The position numbers and the translations under genes were made by a program. This document shows positions 1 to 10,225 of a stretch of 64,000 bases of DNA, in pieces. Below the pieces are notes generated by a model. It worked only from the letters and a program-made list of their open reading frames with translations. It was not told where the DNA came from and made no database searches. Positions within the stretch are counted from its first letter, which is position 1; the number at the start of each line of letters is the position of its first letter. The DNA comes from an uncultured Streptococcus sp. (lineage in GTDB: Bacteria; Bacillota; Bacilli; Lactobacillales; Streptococcaceae): contig CAUSRF010000001.1 of assembly GCA_963534275.1 (NCBI GenBank), positions 560-64,559 on the forward strand. Direction: 5' to 3'.

Positions 1-1
1 T

Positions 2-130
2 CGTTTTTTACTTTATTACTTGATAAGATTTAGAATTACAAGTGTTAAAGACTTTAATTTATATCATTTTCAGACGGCCTATCGCTTGTATCTTGATAAA
101 TTCTTTCTAGAAGGTGCTATCCTAAACTAG
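2..130 (+). CDS. comW: ComW (SigX activator), 3' part only; truncated by window edge
   Basis: Manual translation RFLLYYLIRFRITSVKDFNLYHFQTAYRLYLDKFFLEGAILN* resembles the pneumococcal ComW C-terminus (..YYL..KDF..YH..AYRLYLEK); directly upstream of purA as in pneumococcus. Not in ORF track. Confidence 0.8.
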   Translation, partial: RFLLYYLIRFRITSVKDFNLYHFQTAYRLYLDKFFLEGAILN

Positions 131-262
131 TGAGGATCATATATATCATTTATCACGAACAATAAGGAACATTGAATTTGTGAATTTAAGGATTTTATTT
201 AAAATATGTGGTTTTGAATTTTATAATTTACAGAAATTCCAAATCTTTTCTATTGTTTCTTC

Positions 263-291
263 TTGATAAAATAGTGTTTTTTTCTTATAAT
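263..291 (+). promoter_or_regulatory. SigA promoter of purA
   Basis: TTGATA(263-268)-17 nt-TATAAT(286-291); PurBox-like GAAC motifs at 151-173. Confidence 0.65.
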
Positions 292-300
292 AAATTGTAA

Positions 301-1662
<1,362 letters not shown>

Positions 1663-1668
1663 GAAATT

Positions 1669-1701
1669 TTTAAGATTAGTTTAAGATAGGTCGGGTATAC
1701 T
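1669..1701 (+). promoter_or_regulatory. CiaR box and -10 element
   Basis: TTTAAG-N5-TTTAAG (1669-1685), then TATACT (1696-1701) 10 nt downstream. Confidence 0.9.
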
Positions 1702-1707
1702 ATAGAC

Positions 1708-1807
1708 AGTTACAAGAAGACCTCCTAACTTGTTGTAACAAATATCCTAAACTTTTCTTTTTCATAATAATCTCCCTATTAAGTCACCCCATTGGGTGGC
1801 TTTTTTT
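1708..1807 (+). ncRNA. cia-dependent small RNA (csRNA3-like)
   Basis: CiaR promoter; 5' hairpin GTTACAA..TTGTAAC; anti-SD/anti-start TTTTTCATAATAATCTCCC; terminator AGTCACCC..GGGTGGCT-T tract; purA-tadA position. Confidence 0.88.
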
Positions 1808-1862
1808 GTGTTGAGAATCATGATATAATAATAAAATCGACAAGTAGGAAAAGAGAAGAACG

Positions 1863-2330
1863 ATGAATTATACAGTTGAAGAAAAAGAAGCCTTTATGAG
1901 AGAGGCTTTGAGAGAGGCTGAGATTGCTTTAGAACACGATGAAATTCCAATTGGTTGTGTGATTGTCAAGGATGGAGAAATCATTGGTAGGGGGCATAAT
2001 GCGCGCGAGGAGTTGCAACGAGCGGTTATGCATGCAGAAATCATGGCCATAGAGAATGCGAACGTGAGTGAAGAGAGTTGGCGTTTGCTGGATTGTACAC
2101 TTTTTGTGACCATTGAGCCGTGTGTTATGTGTAGTGGGGCAATCGGGCTTGCACGTATTCCAAACGTAGTTTACGGGGCTAAGAATCAGAAATTTGGTGC
2201 AGCTGGAAGTTTGTACGATATCTTGACAGATGAGCGTCTCAATCATCGTGTAGAGGTCGAAACGGGAGTTTTGGAGAGTGAGTGTGCAACGATTATGCAG
2301 GACTTTTTCCGAAATCGACGGAAAAAATAA
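1863..2330 (+). CDS. tadA: tRNA adenosine(34) deaminase
   Basis: HAE and EPCVMC zinc motifs; TGATATAAT promoter at 1821-1829. Confidence 0.97.
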   Translation: MNYTVEEKEAFMREALREAEIALEHDEIPIGCVIVKDGEIIGRGHNAREELQRAVMHAEIMAIENANVSEESWRLLDCTLFVTIEPCVMCSGAIGLARIPNVVYGAKNQKFGAAGSLYDILTDERLNHRVEVETGVLESECATIMQDFFRNRRKK

Positions 2331-2371
2331 TTTCTCTTTCAAAACGGAGGGGAATGTGGTATAATAAATAG

Positions 2372-2450
2372 TGGAGCAACAGTTCTGCGTGAAGCGGGTC
2401 AGGGGAGGAATCCAGCAGCCCTAAGCGATGTGAATTGTGTGCTCTTTTTT
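2372..2450 (+). ncRNA. ffs: Signal recognition particle RNA (small bacterial type)
   Basis: GGTCAGG..GGAA..AGCAGCC domain IV; GAGCA(5')/TGCTC(3') closing helix; TGTGGTATAAT promoter at 2355-2365. Confidence 0.9.
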
Positions 2451-2455
2451 CGTGC
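2435..2455. repeat. attL core TTGTGTGCTCTTTTTTCGTGC
   Basis: Identical 21-bp copy at 40401-40421; next to integrase. Confidence 0.95.
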
Positions 2456-2460
2456 ACTTT

Positions 2461-2497
2461 AAAAACCCTTTAAAAATCAACACTTTAAGGGGTTTTT
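2461..2497. terminator. Bidirectional terminator between SRP RNA and integrase
   Basis: AAAAACCCTTTAA..TTAAGGGGTTTTT inverted repeat. Confidence 0.7.
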
Positions 2498-2539
2498 GTT
2501 TGTCTTGTATAAGAAAAAGGGGCAGACGAGGGGCACAAT

Positions 2540-3682
2540 TTAAAATTTTATCTTGTCTAACTTGCTAGATATGTCTGATACCATTTTTTGGGTAACGTGA
2601 GAATAAATCTCTAGTGTGGTCTTTGAGTCGCTATGCCCTACTCTGTCCATGATAGCAGTCAAGGGGATACCTAATTCAGCAAGTAGGGATATATGAGAGT
2701 GTCTGAACATATGTGTAGTGATGTTCTTATCTATGCCAATTTTCTGGCCATGTCTTTTCAATGCACCAATAACCCGAGCATTTGTTATTGGCTCTCCTAA
2801 AGTATTTATAAAAATAAAATCTGTATCAAATCCATTTGTCGCATTCTCTATTATCTGCTCTTTGATGATGTCTAACACTTTTTGAGGTGCTGTTATAACC
2901 CTATCAGACTTGATTGTCTTTGGTGTAGTTCTCTCTTTTTGTCTGAAATCGTATGTATGCTTGATGTGAATGGTCTTTTTAGAAAAATCTATATCCTCCT
3001 TGTAATTTAAGGCAGCCAGCTCTCCATATCGCATGCCAGTAAGAAAAAGAACTTTGGCTATTCGGATATACTTTGTAATTCGATAATCACATAGGGCCTC
3101 TTCTTTTAAATTTTGGATGAACAACTTAAACTCTTTCTGATCTAAGTATTTTGTATTTTTCTTTCTGAGATCTTCAGTTGTAATTACCTTTCTAGGCATT
3201 TCAACAAATAGCATTTCATTTGTATCAATATAACTCATTCTGACAGCGAATTTCATTATCTGATTAAGCTTGAACTTGATTTTAGAAACATAGTTATGAG
3301 ACCTTCCATCTTGTAATAGCTGATCTATCACTTTTTGCAATAATCGTCTATCAATGTTTCTAACTAAATAGTCGCCCTCTATCTGCTTTAAAATCTCTTT
3401 TTTAACATTCTTTGAAGCGTAGACGGTTGAGTTTTTAACACCGTGTTTCCAATTTTCCTCAAATTCCTCATATAGTTTTTCAAAAGTTATATCAGAAACA
3501 AAATGTTGTTTTTCTCCTAATTTTTGATTTATTTTCTCTTGTAACAAGATGGCAGCTTGATTTCTTGCCTGGGGAGTTTTCTTCTCCATGGTTACTGAAA
3601 CTTTTTTTAATTTCTCAGTATATGGATCTTTGTATCGCTCAAAAAATTTGTATTTCCCGTTGGGAAGTTCTTCCATCCACAT
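2540..3682 (-). CDS. int: Tyrosine integrase
   Basis: TGMRYGE, HMFRHSH, VGHS..TTLEIY catalytic motifs; start MWMEE after GAGGT RBS. Confidence 0.95.
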   Translation of the reverse strand: MWMEELPNGKYKFFERYKDPYTEKLKKVSVTMEKKTPQARNQAAILLQEKINQKLGEKQHFVSDITFEKLYEEFEENWKHGVKNSTVYASKNVKKEILKQIEGDYLVRNIDRRLLQKVIDQLLQDGRSHNYVSKIKFKLNQIMKFAVRMSYIDTNEMLFVEMPRKVITTEDLRKKNTKYLDQKEFKLFIQNLKEEALCDYRITKYIRIAKVLFLTGMRYGELAALNYKEDIDFSKKTIHIKHTYDFRQKERTTPKTIKSDRVITAPQKVLDIIKEQIIENATNGFDTDFIFINTLGEPITNARVIGALKRHGQKIGIDKNITTHMFRHSHISLLAELGIPLTAIMDRVGHSDSKTTLEIYSHVTQKMVSDISSKLDKIKF

Positions 3683-3800
3683 TGATTTTACCTCACTTTT
3701 TTGATAAAATGGGTATAGTAAAGAGGGCTTTTTAATGCCTTTTACTATACTGAACACCTCACACTCTCCTTGGCCAAAATTTGAGTGTGGGGATTTTTAT

Positions 3801-4472
3801 TTACGAATTATGAACGATAACGTCCAAGGCTCCCATGATCCGTTGAGCGTTTTCAACTGCTTCTTTGTACTCTTTCGAAGTGTTCTTTACTGGTTTTTTT
3901 ATCAAGTCAATGAATATGACTGGTTTGGTGAAGTCGTTTGAGGTCACACGGACTGTCATGTTCAAAATTTTTGTAGTTGATTTTCGTTTAGATACGATAC
4001 CGCCTGCGACAGCACCAATCGCTCCAAACATAGCGCCTGCAACCAAAGCTTGACCAACACCACCCGAAACAACAGTCTGATTATTTACAATCAATTCATA
4101 GGATACTAAATCCTCGAATGAATACCAATCAGTGTCATTCTTATCTTTCTTTACCAATGACGGTATTAACGATAACCCCATTGTACTAACCGCAAGTGTA
4201 GCTTTTACCGATCCTTTAATTGCTCCACCAACTAGACCAGATGAGCCTTTTGCTTTTTGGGCACCGTGGATGCGATAAGTGCGATTGTACCTATCAATTT
4301 CAAGCGGTCCAACTTTGTCCGTTTTTCTACTTCGTGGAGCAGGAGATGGAGAAGCAGGTTTATCGACTGGCTGAGCTTGTTCGGTTGGTTCTTGGTTAGC
4401 AATAGAATAACCGCAATTTGAACAGAACTTGTAACCCTCTACTGGATTGCCACATTCAGGACAAAATTTCAT
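3801..4472 (-). CDS. Zinc-ribbon, Gly-rich membrane-associated lysogeny protein
   Basis: CPECG..CSNCG N-terminus; two Gly-rich hydrophobic segments; GGAGG RBS. Confidence 0.75.
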   Translation of the reverse strand: MKFCPECGNPVEGYKFCSNCGYSIANQEPTEQAQPVDKPASPSPAPRSRKTDKVGPLEIDRYNRTYRIHGAQKAKGSSGLVGGAIKGSVKATLAVSTMGLSLIPSLVKKDKNDTDWYSFEDLVSYELIVNNQTVVSGGVGQALVAGAMFGAIGAVAGGIVSKRKSTTKILNMTVRVTSNDFTKPVIFIDLIKKPVKNTSKEYKEAVENAQRIMGALDVIVHNS

Positions 4473-4605
4473 AATAACCTCCAAAACAATAACTATTTAA
4501 AAATCTTTATACTCTTTTTTCTTACCCATAGCCGACGAGGTTATGGGTTTTTATTTTTTTCAATACCTCGCTACAATGTACCAGCTATCACATCTGCTTT
4601 TAGCA

Positions 4606-5364
4606 TTATACATCAATATCATAATATTGTTGTAAGATATTGTTCCCTTGTTTGTATTTTGTAACGAGTTCAATAGCTACTCGTCGTTGCTGTTGGTCGT
4701 CTAATAAGTGTTCATCATAGCTCAATATCCGATAATGAACAAAATCAACTAATCGATTAAAAAGAGCGTTATCACTGATTGTATTTGCTTGTTTAATTTG
4801 CTCGTACGAGTGCTTGTTTTTGAGGTGCCAGACCATGCGCTCATTATTGATATAAAAGAGAGAGGCCATAGTGTTAGCTTCTATCTCTAGCGGATTGCTC
4901 TGATAGTTGTTAGCGCAAGCCAGGGCGACCTCATCAGAACGACCCGTGCTAAAATGGGCAGCGATGTGGGCTAATTCATGCAAAATGGTAAAGATAATCC
5001 GTCTTTTGATATGTGTTTGATTGATATAAACAAGGTACTTTTCTTTTTCTTTGCTATAAATGGTAAAGCCGTCATTGTGTTTACAGATGATATCATCCAA
5101 GTAAGTAACATCTGGATTATTGACAAGCCCTCGATATTTAATGTATTCAGAACTAAGTAGACCAGCTGAAGGAAGCATAGGAAACGGGTCCTTTTCAAAG
5201 AAGATAAAATGAAGGTTGTAAGTCTGTTCAAAGTAACGGATAATGTGCTGAAAAGTAACTTGTTCAAGTGGAATATTATTCTGTCGAGACACTGCTTCAA
5301 TCACCGGGACGGCGTAATCCCAGTGTCGGATGTACTGTCTACGTGAAATAATTTTTCTAGCCAT
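4606..5364 (-). CDS. ImmA/IrrE-family metallopeptidase (anti-repressor protease)
   Basis: FTILHELAH and EIEANTMA motifs; follows repressor. Confidence 0.88.
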   Translation of the reverse strand: MARKIISRRQYIRHWDYAVPVIEAVSRQNNIPLEQVTFQHIIRYFEQTYNLHFIFFEKDPFPMLPSAGLLSSEYIKYRGLVNNPDVTYLDDIICKHNDGFTIYSKEKEKYLVYINQTHIKRRIIFTILHELAHIAAHFSTGRSDEVALACANNYQSNPLEIEANTMASLFYINNERMVWHLKNKHSYEQIKQANTISDNALFNRLVDFVHYRILSYDEHLLDDQQQRRVAIELVTKYKQGNNILQQYYDIDV

Positions 5365-5366
5365 AA

Positions 5367-5750
5367 TTACCTCCACTTACTGTCATCGTCCATCAGGGTT
5401 TTAGCAGTTACCATCAAGCTTTCAATCGCCTTGTTAAAACGAGCCTTTTCTTCCTCGGTCATGTTCTGGGTCTGATTTCTGAACGCTGCGACTAATTCAG
5501 TCTCAGCTGGACCAAGATACTTATTTGTCTTGTCATCGCTCGCTATTGCTGGGTTATCTGTACGACCAAGCAGATAGTCGGTAGACACATTGAAGTAGTC
5601 GGCGATTTCTGAAATTCGTTCAGTGGACGGTTTTGAATTTTTTAGATTATAAATAGTATTTCTACTATAACCAAGTTTTTCTTCCAATAAATTTATTGAA
5701 AGGCCTTGCTTTTTGGCAAGTTCTTTTATTCTGTCAAATGTCTGAAACAT
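5367..5750 (-). CDS. CI-like XRE repressor
   Basis: HTH with IADYFNVSTDYLLGR; no S24 peptidase domain, consistent with ImmA-type cleavage. Confidence 0.9.
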   Translation of the reverse strand: MFQTFDRIKELAKKQGLSINLLEEKLGYSRNTIYNLKNSKPSTERISEIADYFNVSTDYLLGRTDNPAIASDDKTNKYLGPAETELVAAFRNQTQNMTEEEKARFNKAIESLMVTAKTLMDDDSKWR

Positions 5751-5788
5751 TGATTTATCAACCTTTCTAAGAACATGACAAAAAATAT

Positions 5789-5987
5789 TTAATATTTCTC
5801 ATTAAAATGCTTGACAAAGTTAATGCTAAGTATTAAAATAGTTTTTGTAAGTTAGTGAGTTAGTAAAAAACGAAGTAAAAACTTATCTAAAAATAATAGC
5901 TTTGGCGAGCGAGAGAATTGATAGATATTGTTTTATCAAGGTTTTTAATTATGCTTTCATTTTAATACTATACATTAATTTTGTCAA
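5789..5987. promoter_or_regulatory. Lysis/lysogeny switch: two convergent promoters, three operators
   Basis: + TTGACA(5811)-17-TAAAAT(5834); - TTGACA(5987)-17-TAAAAT(5964); TTAAT-N7-ATTAA at 5789, 5820, 5962. Confidence 0.8.
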
Positions 5988-6047
5988 GTAATTTATAAAA
6001 TAATTTACTAACTCATTTTCTTACTTTTAAAGAAAGGAGGGAGACGA

Positions 6048-6269
6048 ATGTCGAAAAATGAAGCTCCTCTAATATCTTTAGAGAATCTAAAAAACGATAT
6101 TCAAAGTTTTGTTGAGAAGGTCGCTGATGAAGCTATTCAACAATCTGAGACATATTCGCAAGCAATTTTGCTAGTTTCGAAAAACACTAGTTTTTCAGAG
6201 CATGGCTTAGCAATGACAAAAGCTATCCAAGACGAAATCACGAAGCGCGCCTTGAATAGCCGTGTGTAA
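6048..6269 (+). CDS. Hypothetical phage protein
   Basis: AGAAAGGAGG RBS; 73 aa. Confidence 0.7.
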   Translation: MSKNEAPLISLENLKNDIQSFVEKVADEAIQQSETYSQAILLVSKNTSFSEHGLAMTKAIQDEITKRALNSRV

Positions 6270-6272
6270 AAA

Positions 6273-6524
6273 TTATATCGCTTCGATTTTCACAATTGAA
6301 GTAGAAGCGTAGATGGTTGATGGTTTTTCAACATCAAAGAAAAACGGAGCGTTTGCTACTATTTCTAAAAAACTTGGAACCAAACCATCGTGATGATGAT
6401 ACCAAAGTCCGCTAAGTTCACCTAATGAAACTGAGTTGTTTGAAGTTTTCCAAGTTTGAAAAGTTTGTTCTTCATGGAAAATAGCTTCGGTACCATCTGA
6501 AAAAGTAACTTTTATTCTATGCAT
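6273..6524 (-). CDS. Hypothetical protein on the opposite strand with its own promoter
   Basis: AGAAAGGAGG RBS (6530-6539); TGCTATAAT extended -10 (6546-6554, minus strand); start MHRIKV. Confidence 0.75.
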   Translation of the reverse strand: MHRIKVTFSDGTEAIFHEEQTFQTWKTSNNSVSLGELSGLWYHHHDGLVPSFLEIVANAPFFFDVEKPSTIYASTSIVKIEAI

Positions 6525-6592
6525 ATGATCCTCCTTTCTAGTTTTATTATAGCAGAAAGCGAGGAGAGAAAAAGAAAAGAAAGGAGAGAAAT

Positions 6593-6784
6593 ATGCCAAA
6601 TATGGATGGTGGACGTCAAAAAATCAGAGATTATCTGAAAGAGCATAATTTGACGATGGCAACGCTAGCAGTACAGTATAGCATGGCTCGTCAAGATGTA
6701 ACTAATATCCTGAATGGTAAGCTGAAAAATCCACAAGCAAATCAGTTCATTGCTCGGGTTATTGAAGATTTTAAAATTCGGTAA
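6593..6784 (+). CDS. Cro-like HTH regulator
   Basis: 63-aa HTH-like (TLAVQYSMARQDVTNILNG); AAGGAG RBS. Confidence 0.75.
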   Translation: MPNMDGGRQKIRDYLKEHNLTMATLAVQYSMARQDVTNILNGKLKNPQANQFIARVIEDFKIR

Positions 6785-6857
6785 CGCAAAAAGCACCTAA
6801 CAGAAGTCAGGCGCTAATCAAAATAACTAACTGAATTATAACACGAAAGGAGCAAAA

Positions 6858-7130
6858 ATGGAAGCAGTTGAAATTGTAAGAATTAAAGATGTGATCATTG
6901 AAAAAGTCTCTGCTAATGATGAAGAATTGGAACACATCTTTGGATGCTCAAAGCGACAAGCGGGAGACATGAGACGCGAGATGAAGAAGCTACCTAGCCA
7001 ACAGAAGCATCTTAGGAATGATGGCCAACTTGTCACGATTAAAGGTTTTGATGCCTACCTGAAATACAGAGGCAGTCGAGATTGGAAAAAAGAAATGGTG
7101 AAAAGCAAGAAAATGAGGTCAGTCGGATGA
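6858..7130 (+). CDS. Putative excisionase / DNA-binding protein
   Basis: Small basic protein after cro; AAGGAG RBS. Confidence 0.55.
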   Translation: MEAVEIVRIKDVIIEKVSANDEELEHIFGCSKRQAGDMRREMKKLPSQQKHLRNDGQLVTIKGFDAYLKYRGSRDWKKEMVKSKKMRSVG

Positions 7131-7321
7131 ACCTACTAACAAGAATTAAAAACTACTTTTCGGAAGAGGTCGAAGAAACCAATCTGGACTGGAGAGTGGT
7201 CGCTCTGGATATCAATCAATCACTGATTGAAACACAAGAAAAACTTCAAAATGCCAATCAGCGTATTGCTGATCTTGAAAACATGGTGGCAATCTATAAA
7301 GAAAAGGAAAACTCAAAATGA
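7127..7321 (+). CDS. Hypothetical coiled-coil phage protein
   Basis: ATGA coupling; GAGG RBS. Confidence 0.65.
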   Translation: MNLLTRIKNYFSEEVEETNLDWRVVALDINQSLIETQEKLQNANQRIADLENMVAIYKEKENSK

Positions 7322-7530
7322 TGGAATACCTTTATTTCGTGACAATCGTCGGAATCGGGCTCTGGTCTCTAGTAAATACGCTGGATGAACACGCTGAAAT
7401 GAAACAAAAAGAGCGTCAGCGAATAGCTAACAATGTCGCACGGATGAACCTGAGAAATTCAGATAAGCAATTTACTTATGACGTGCAACCGCCTGTGGGA
7501 CTCGCAAAAGGTGTAGAAGAAGGAGTTTAA
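7318..7530 (+). CDS. Hypothetical membrane-anchored phage protein
   Basis: N-terminal hydrophobic helix; ATGA coupling. Confidence 0.65.
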   Translation: MMEYLYFVTIVGIGLWSLVNTLDEHAEMKQKERQRIANNVARMNLRNSDKQFTYDVQPPVGLAKGVEEGV

Positions 7531-7531
7531 A

Positions 7532-8842
7532 ATGGTAACAATCAATAAACTAGAAATCGAAAACATCAAGCGCGTTAAAGCGGTTAAATTAGAGCCATCA
7601 GCGACTGGTTTAACCATTGTCGGCGGAAATAACAATCAGGGGAAAACAAGCGTGCTGGACGCGATCGCTTGGGCGTTAGGTGGTAACAAGTACAAACCTA
7701 GCCAAGCTCAGAGAGAAGGCAGTACAATTCCGCCTAGCCTAAAAATCACGCTATCAAACGGCTTGATTGTGGAGCGTAGTGGTAAGAACAGCACTCTCAA
7801 GGTCATCGACCCGAGTGGCAACAAGGCTGGTCAAAACTTGCTGGATAGCTTCGTGGAAGAACTGGCTATCAACTTGCCAAAATTCATGGAGCAGACCAGC
7901 AAAGAAAAGGCTAAAACTCTGTTGCAGATTATCGGAGTCGGTCCGCAACTTGCCGAACTTGAAATGCAAGAAAAAGCCAAATATGATGAGCGCCATGCAA
8001 TCGGTGTGATTGCTGACCAAAAAGAAAAGTTTGCTAAAGAACAGCCTTATTATCCAGATGCACCGAAAGAATTGGTCTCTATCGCTGAACTTATCCAGCA
8101 ACAACAAGCTATTCTTGCTAAGAATGGCGAGAACGCCCGTAAGCGTCAGAACTTGGTATCTATCCAAAATCAACATGCTTCAGCAACTGCAGAAGTTGAA
8201 CGATTGGAGCAATTGCTGGCCGATGCCAAAGAAAAAGAAAGTCAGTTAGCTCAAGACTTGGCTATCGCGAATACCGATGCCATGGACCTTCTCGATGAAT
8301 CGACTGAGGAGATTGAAAACAACATCGCAGAGATTGACGAAATCAATCGTAAAGTACGTGCTAATTTGGACAAGGATAAAGCAGAAGAAGATGCTAAGGG
8401 TTACCGCGAGCAATACAAGGAACTTGATAATGTGATTGCTGACATCCGCAAGCAGAAGACAGATTTGCTTACAAACGCAGATTTACCGTTGCCGGGCTTG
8501 TTCGTAGATGATGGCGAATTGCTCTATCTTGGCCAGCGCTGGGATAATATGTCCGGTAGTCAGCAGCTGCAAGTTGCGACTGCAATCGTGCGTAAATTGA
8601 AACCAGAGTGTGGGTTTGTGCTGATTGATAAGCTGGAGCAAATGGACCAGTTGACTCTACAAGAATTTGGCGCGTGGCTTGAGCAAGAAGGTTTGCAAGC
8701 AATTGCGACACGAGTATCAATAGGAGATGAATGTAGCATTCTGATTGAAGACGGGTATAGTGTTAAGCCAGTGAAATTTGAAAGTTCCGCTCAGCAAGGA
8801 CACGCTGAAACAGTCGCACCAACTTGGCAAGGAGGATTTTAG
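7532..8842 (+). CDS. SMC/SbcC-like ATPase
   Basis: GNNNQGKTS Walker A, long coiled coil, MSGSQQ signature, VLIDKLE Walker B. Confidence 0.85.
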   Translation: MVTINKLEIENIKRVKAVKLEPSATGLTIVGGNNNQGKTSVLDAIAWALGGNKYKPSQAQREGSTIPPSLKITLSNGLIVERSGKNSTLKVIDPSGNKAGQNLLDSFVEELAINLPKFMEQTSKEKAKTLLQIIGVGPQLAELEMQEKAKYDERHAIGVIADQKEKFAKEQPYYPDAPKELVSIAELIQQQQAILAKNGENARKRQNLVSIQNQHASATAEVERLEQLLADAKEKESQLAQDLAIANTDAMDLLDESTEEIENNIAEIDEINRKVRANLDKDKAEEDAKGYREQYKELDNVIADIRKQKTDLLTNADLPLPGLFVDDGELLYLGQRWDNMSGSQQLQVATAIVRKLKPECGFVLIDKLEQMDQLTLQEFGAWLEQEGLQAIATRVSIGDECSILIEDGYSVKPVKFESSAQQGHAETVAPTWQGGF

Positions 8843-8855
8843 AAAGGGGGATAAT

Positions 8856-9062
8856 ATGGCTACTGCACAATTACATAAAAAGAACTCAATGATTATGAGG
8901 TTTCATCAGGCTGACGGAGTTCATCCAAAAAATGGTGAAAAAATCAACATTTCATTTTCTGGAGTGACGACTGTCATTGAATACAAAGGTCGATTAGTCA
9001 CTTGGGATATCCAGGAAATGATTAACGAAGCGATTGATTTAATTGAAAGCGAGGACGAATAA
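8856..9062 (+). CDS. Hypothetical phage protein
   Basis: AGAAAGGGGG RBS; 68 aa. Confidence 0.6.
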   Translation: MATAQLHKKNSMIMRFHQADGVHPKNGEKINISFSGVTTVIEYKGRLVTWDIQEMINEAIDLIESEDE

Positions 9063-10180
9063 TGCAAATCACTAGAGGAAAACGGGCGCGAGCTCAAAAG
9101 GTAGTTATCTACGGTCCTGAAGGAATTGGGAAGTCCACGTTTGCTGCTGAATTTCCAAATGCTGTCTTCATCGATACAGAAGGTTCGACAGACAACATGG
9201 ATGTGGCACGACTCGACAAGCCAACCAGTTGGACCATGCTCATCAATGAGATTGCTTTTATCAAAGCAAATCCGACTGAGTGTGGGACACTCGTTATTGA
9301 CACGATCGATTGGGCAGAAGCTTTGGCAGTTAATTACATCTGTTCGCAACATGGCAAGCAAGGGATTGAGGATTTTGGCTGGGGCAAGGGGTACACCTTT
9401 GTACAAGAAGAAATGGGACGTTTCTTAAATAGTCTGTCTGACTTGGTTGATATGGGTATCAACGTGGTATTGACTGCGCACGCTCAGATTAAGAAATTCG
9501 AGCAACCGGACGAGATGGGTTCTTATGACAGATATGAGCTCAAACTTGGTAAGAAGACGAGTTCCCAAACAGCTCCACTAGTAAAAGAGTGGGCGGACAT
9601 GATTCTATTTGCCAATTACAAAACCTTAGTCATGACGGCCGAGAACGGCAAGAAGAAGGCGCAGGGCGGTGAGCGCGTGATGTATACCAATCATCGACCG
9701 GCTTGGGATGCTAAGAATCGACATGGTTTACCAGATGAATTACCGTTCCATTATGCAGGAATCGCTCATATCTTTGCGAGTCAGCAAGTGCATACACAAC
9801 AGCCACAACCGCAGACAGTCGCTCCAGAGCCTCAGCAGGCTGTTCAGCAAGCCCCTGAGCAAGTTCAAGAAGAATTGCCTCTCGATATGTCGCAGGTAGC
9901 TAAAAAACCTCAAAATGAAGCTTCTAGCACGCCACAGACATTACCTGAACAATATCATGCAAGCTTGCCAAAGAGTTTGACGGACCTCATGTCTCAAGGT
10001 AACGTGACAGCAGAAGAACTTCAAAAAGTAGCTTACATTCGCGGGCACTTCCCGCTAGGAACTCCGTTCGAAAACTTTCCGCCTGATTATTGGGATATGA
10101 TTGTGGCACATTGGCAGGCAACTATGGAAGTTATTCAAAACCAAGTGCGAGCAGACCCTGAATTGCCCTTTACCGTGTAA
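9062..10180 (+). CDS. Sak4-like ATPase / single-strand annealing protein
   Basis: YGPEGIGKST, IDTEGS, LVIDTID, AWDAKNR. Confidence 0.85.
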   Translation: MQITRGKRARAQKVVIYGPEGIGKSTFAAEFPNAVFIDTEGSTDNMDVARLDKPTSWTMLINEIAFIKANPTECGTLVIDTIDWAEALAVNYICSQHGKQGIEDFGWGKGYTFVQEEMGRFLNSLSDLVDMGINVVLTAHAQIKKFEQPDEMGSYDRYELKLGKKTSSQTAPLVKEWADMILFANYKTLVMTAENGKKKAQGGERVMYTNHRPAWDAKNRHGLPDELPFHYAGIAHIFASQQVHTQQPQPQTVAPEPQQAVQQAPEQVQEELPLDMSQVAKKPQNEASSTPQTLPEQYHASLPKSLTDLMSQGNVTAEELQKVAYIRGHFPLGTPFENFPPDYWDMIVAHWQATMEVIQNQVRADPELPFTV

Positions 10181-10225
10181 GTTTTGGGAATTAGAAATCA
10201 TAGCAAAATATAATAAGGAGTATCT

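Noticed and set aside
3802..3809. TACGAATT, near cin box in the prophage
   Set aside because: One mismatch, overlaps the end of a minus-strand gene, no credible downstream gene
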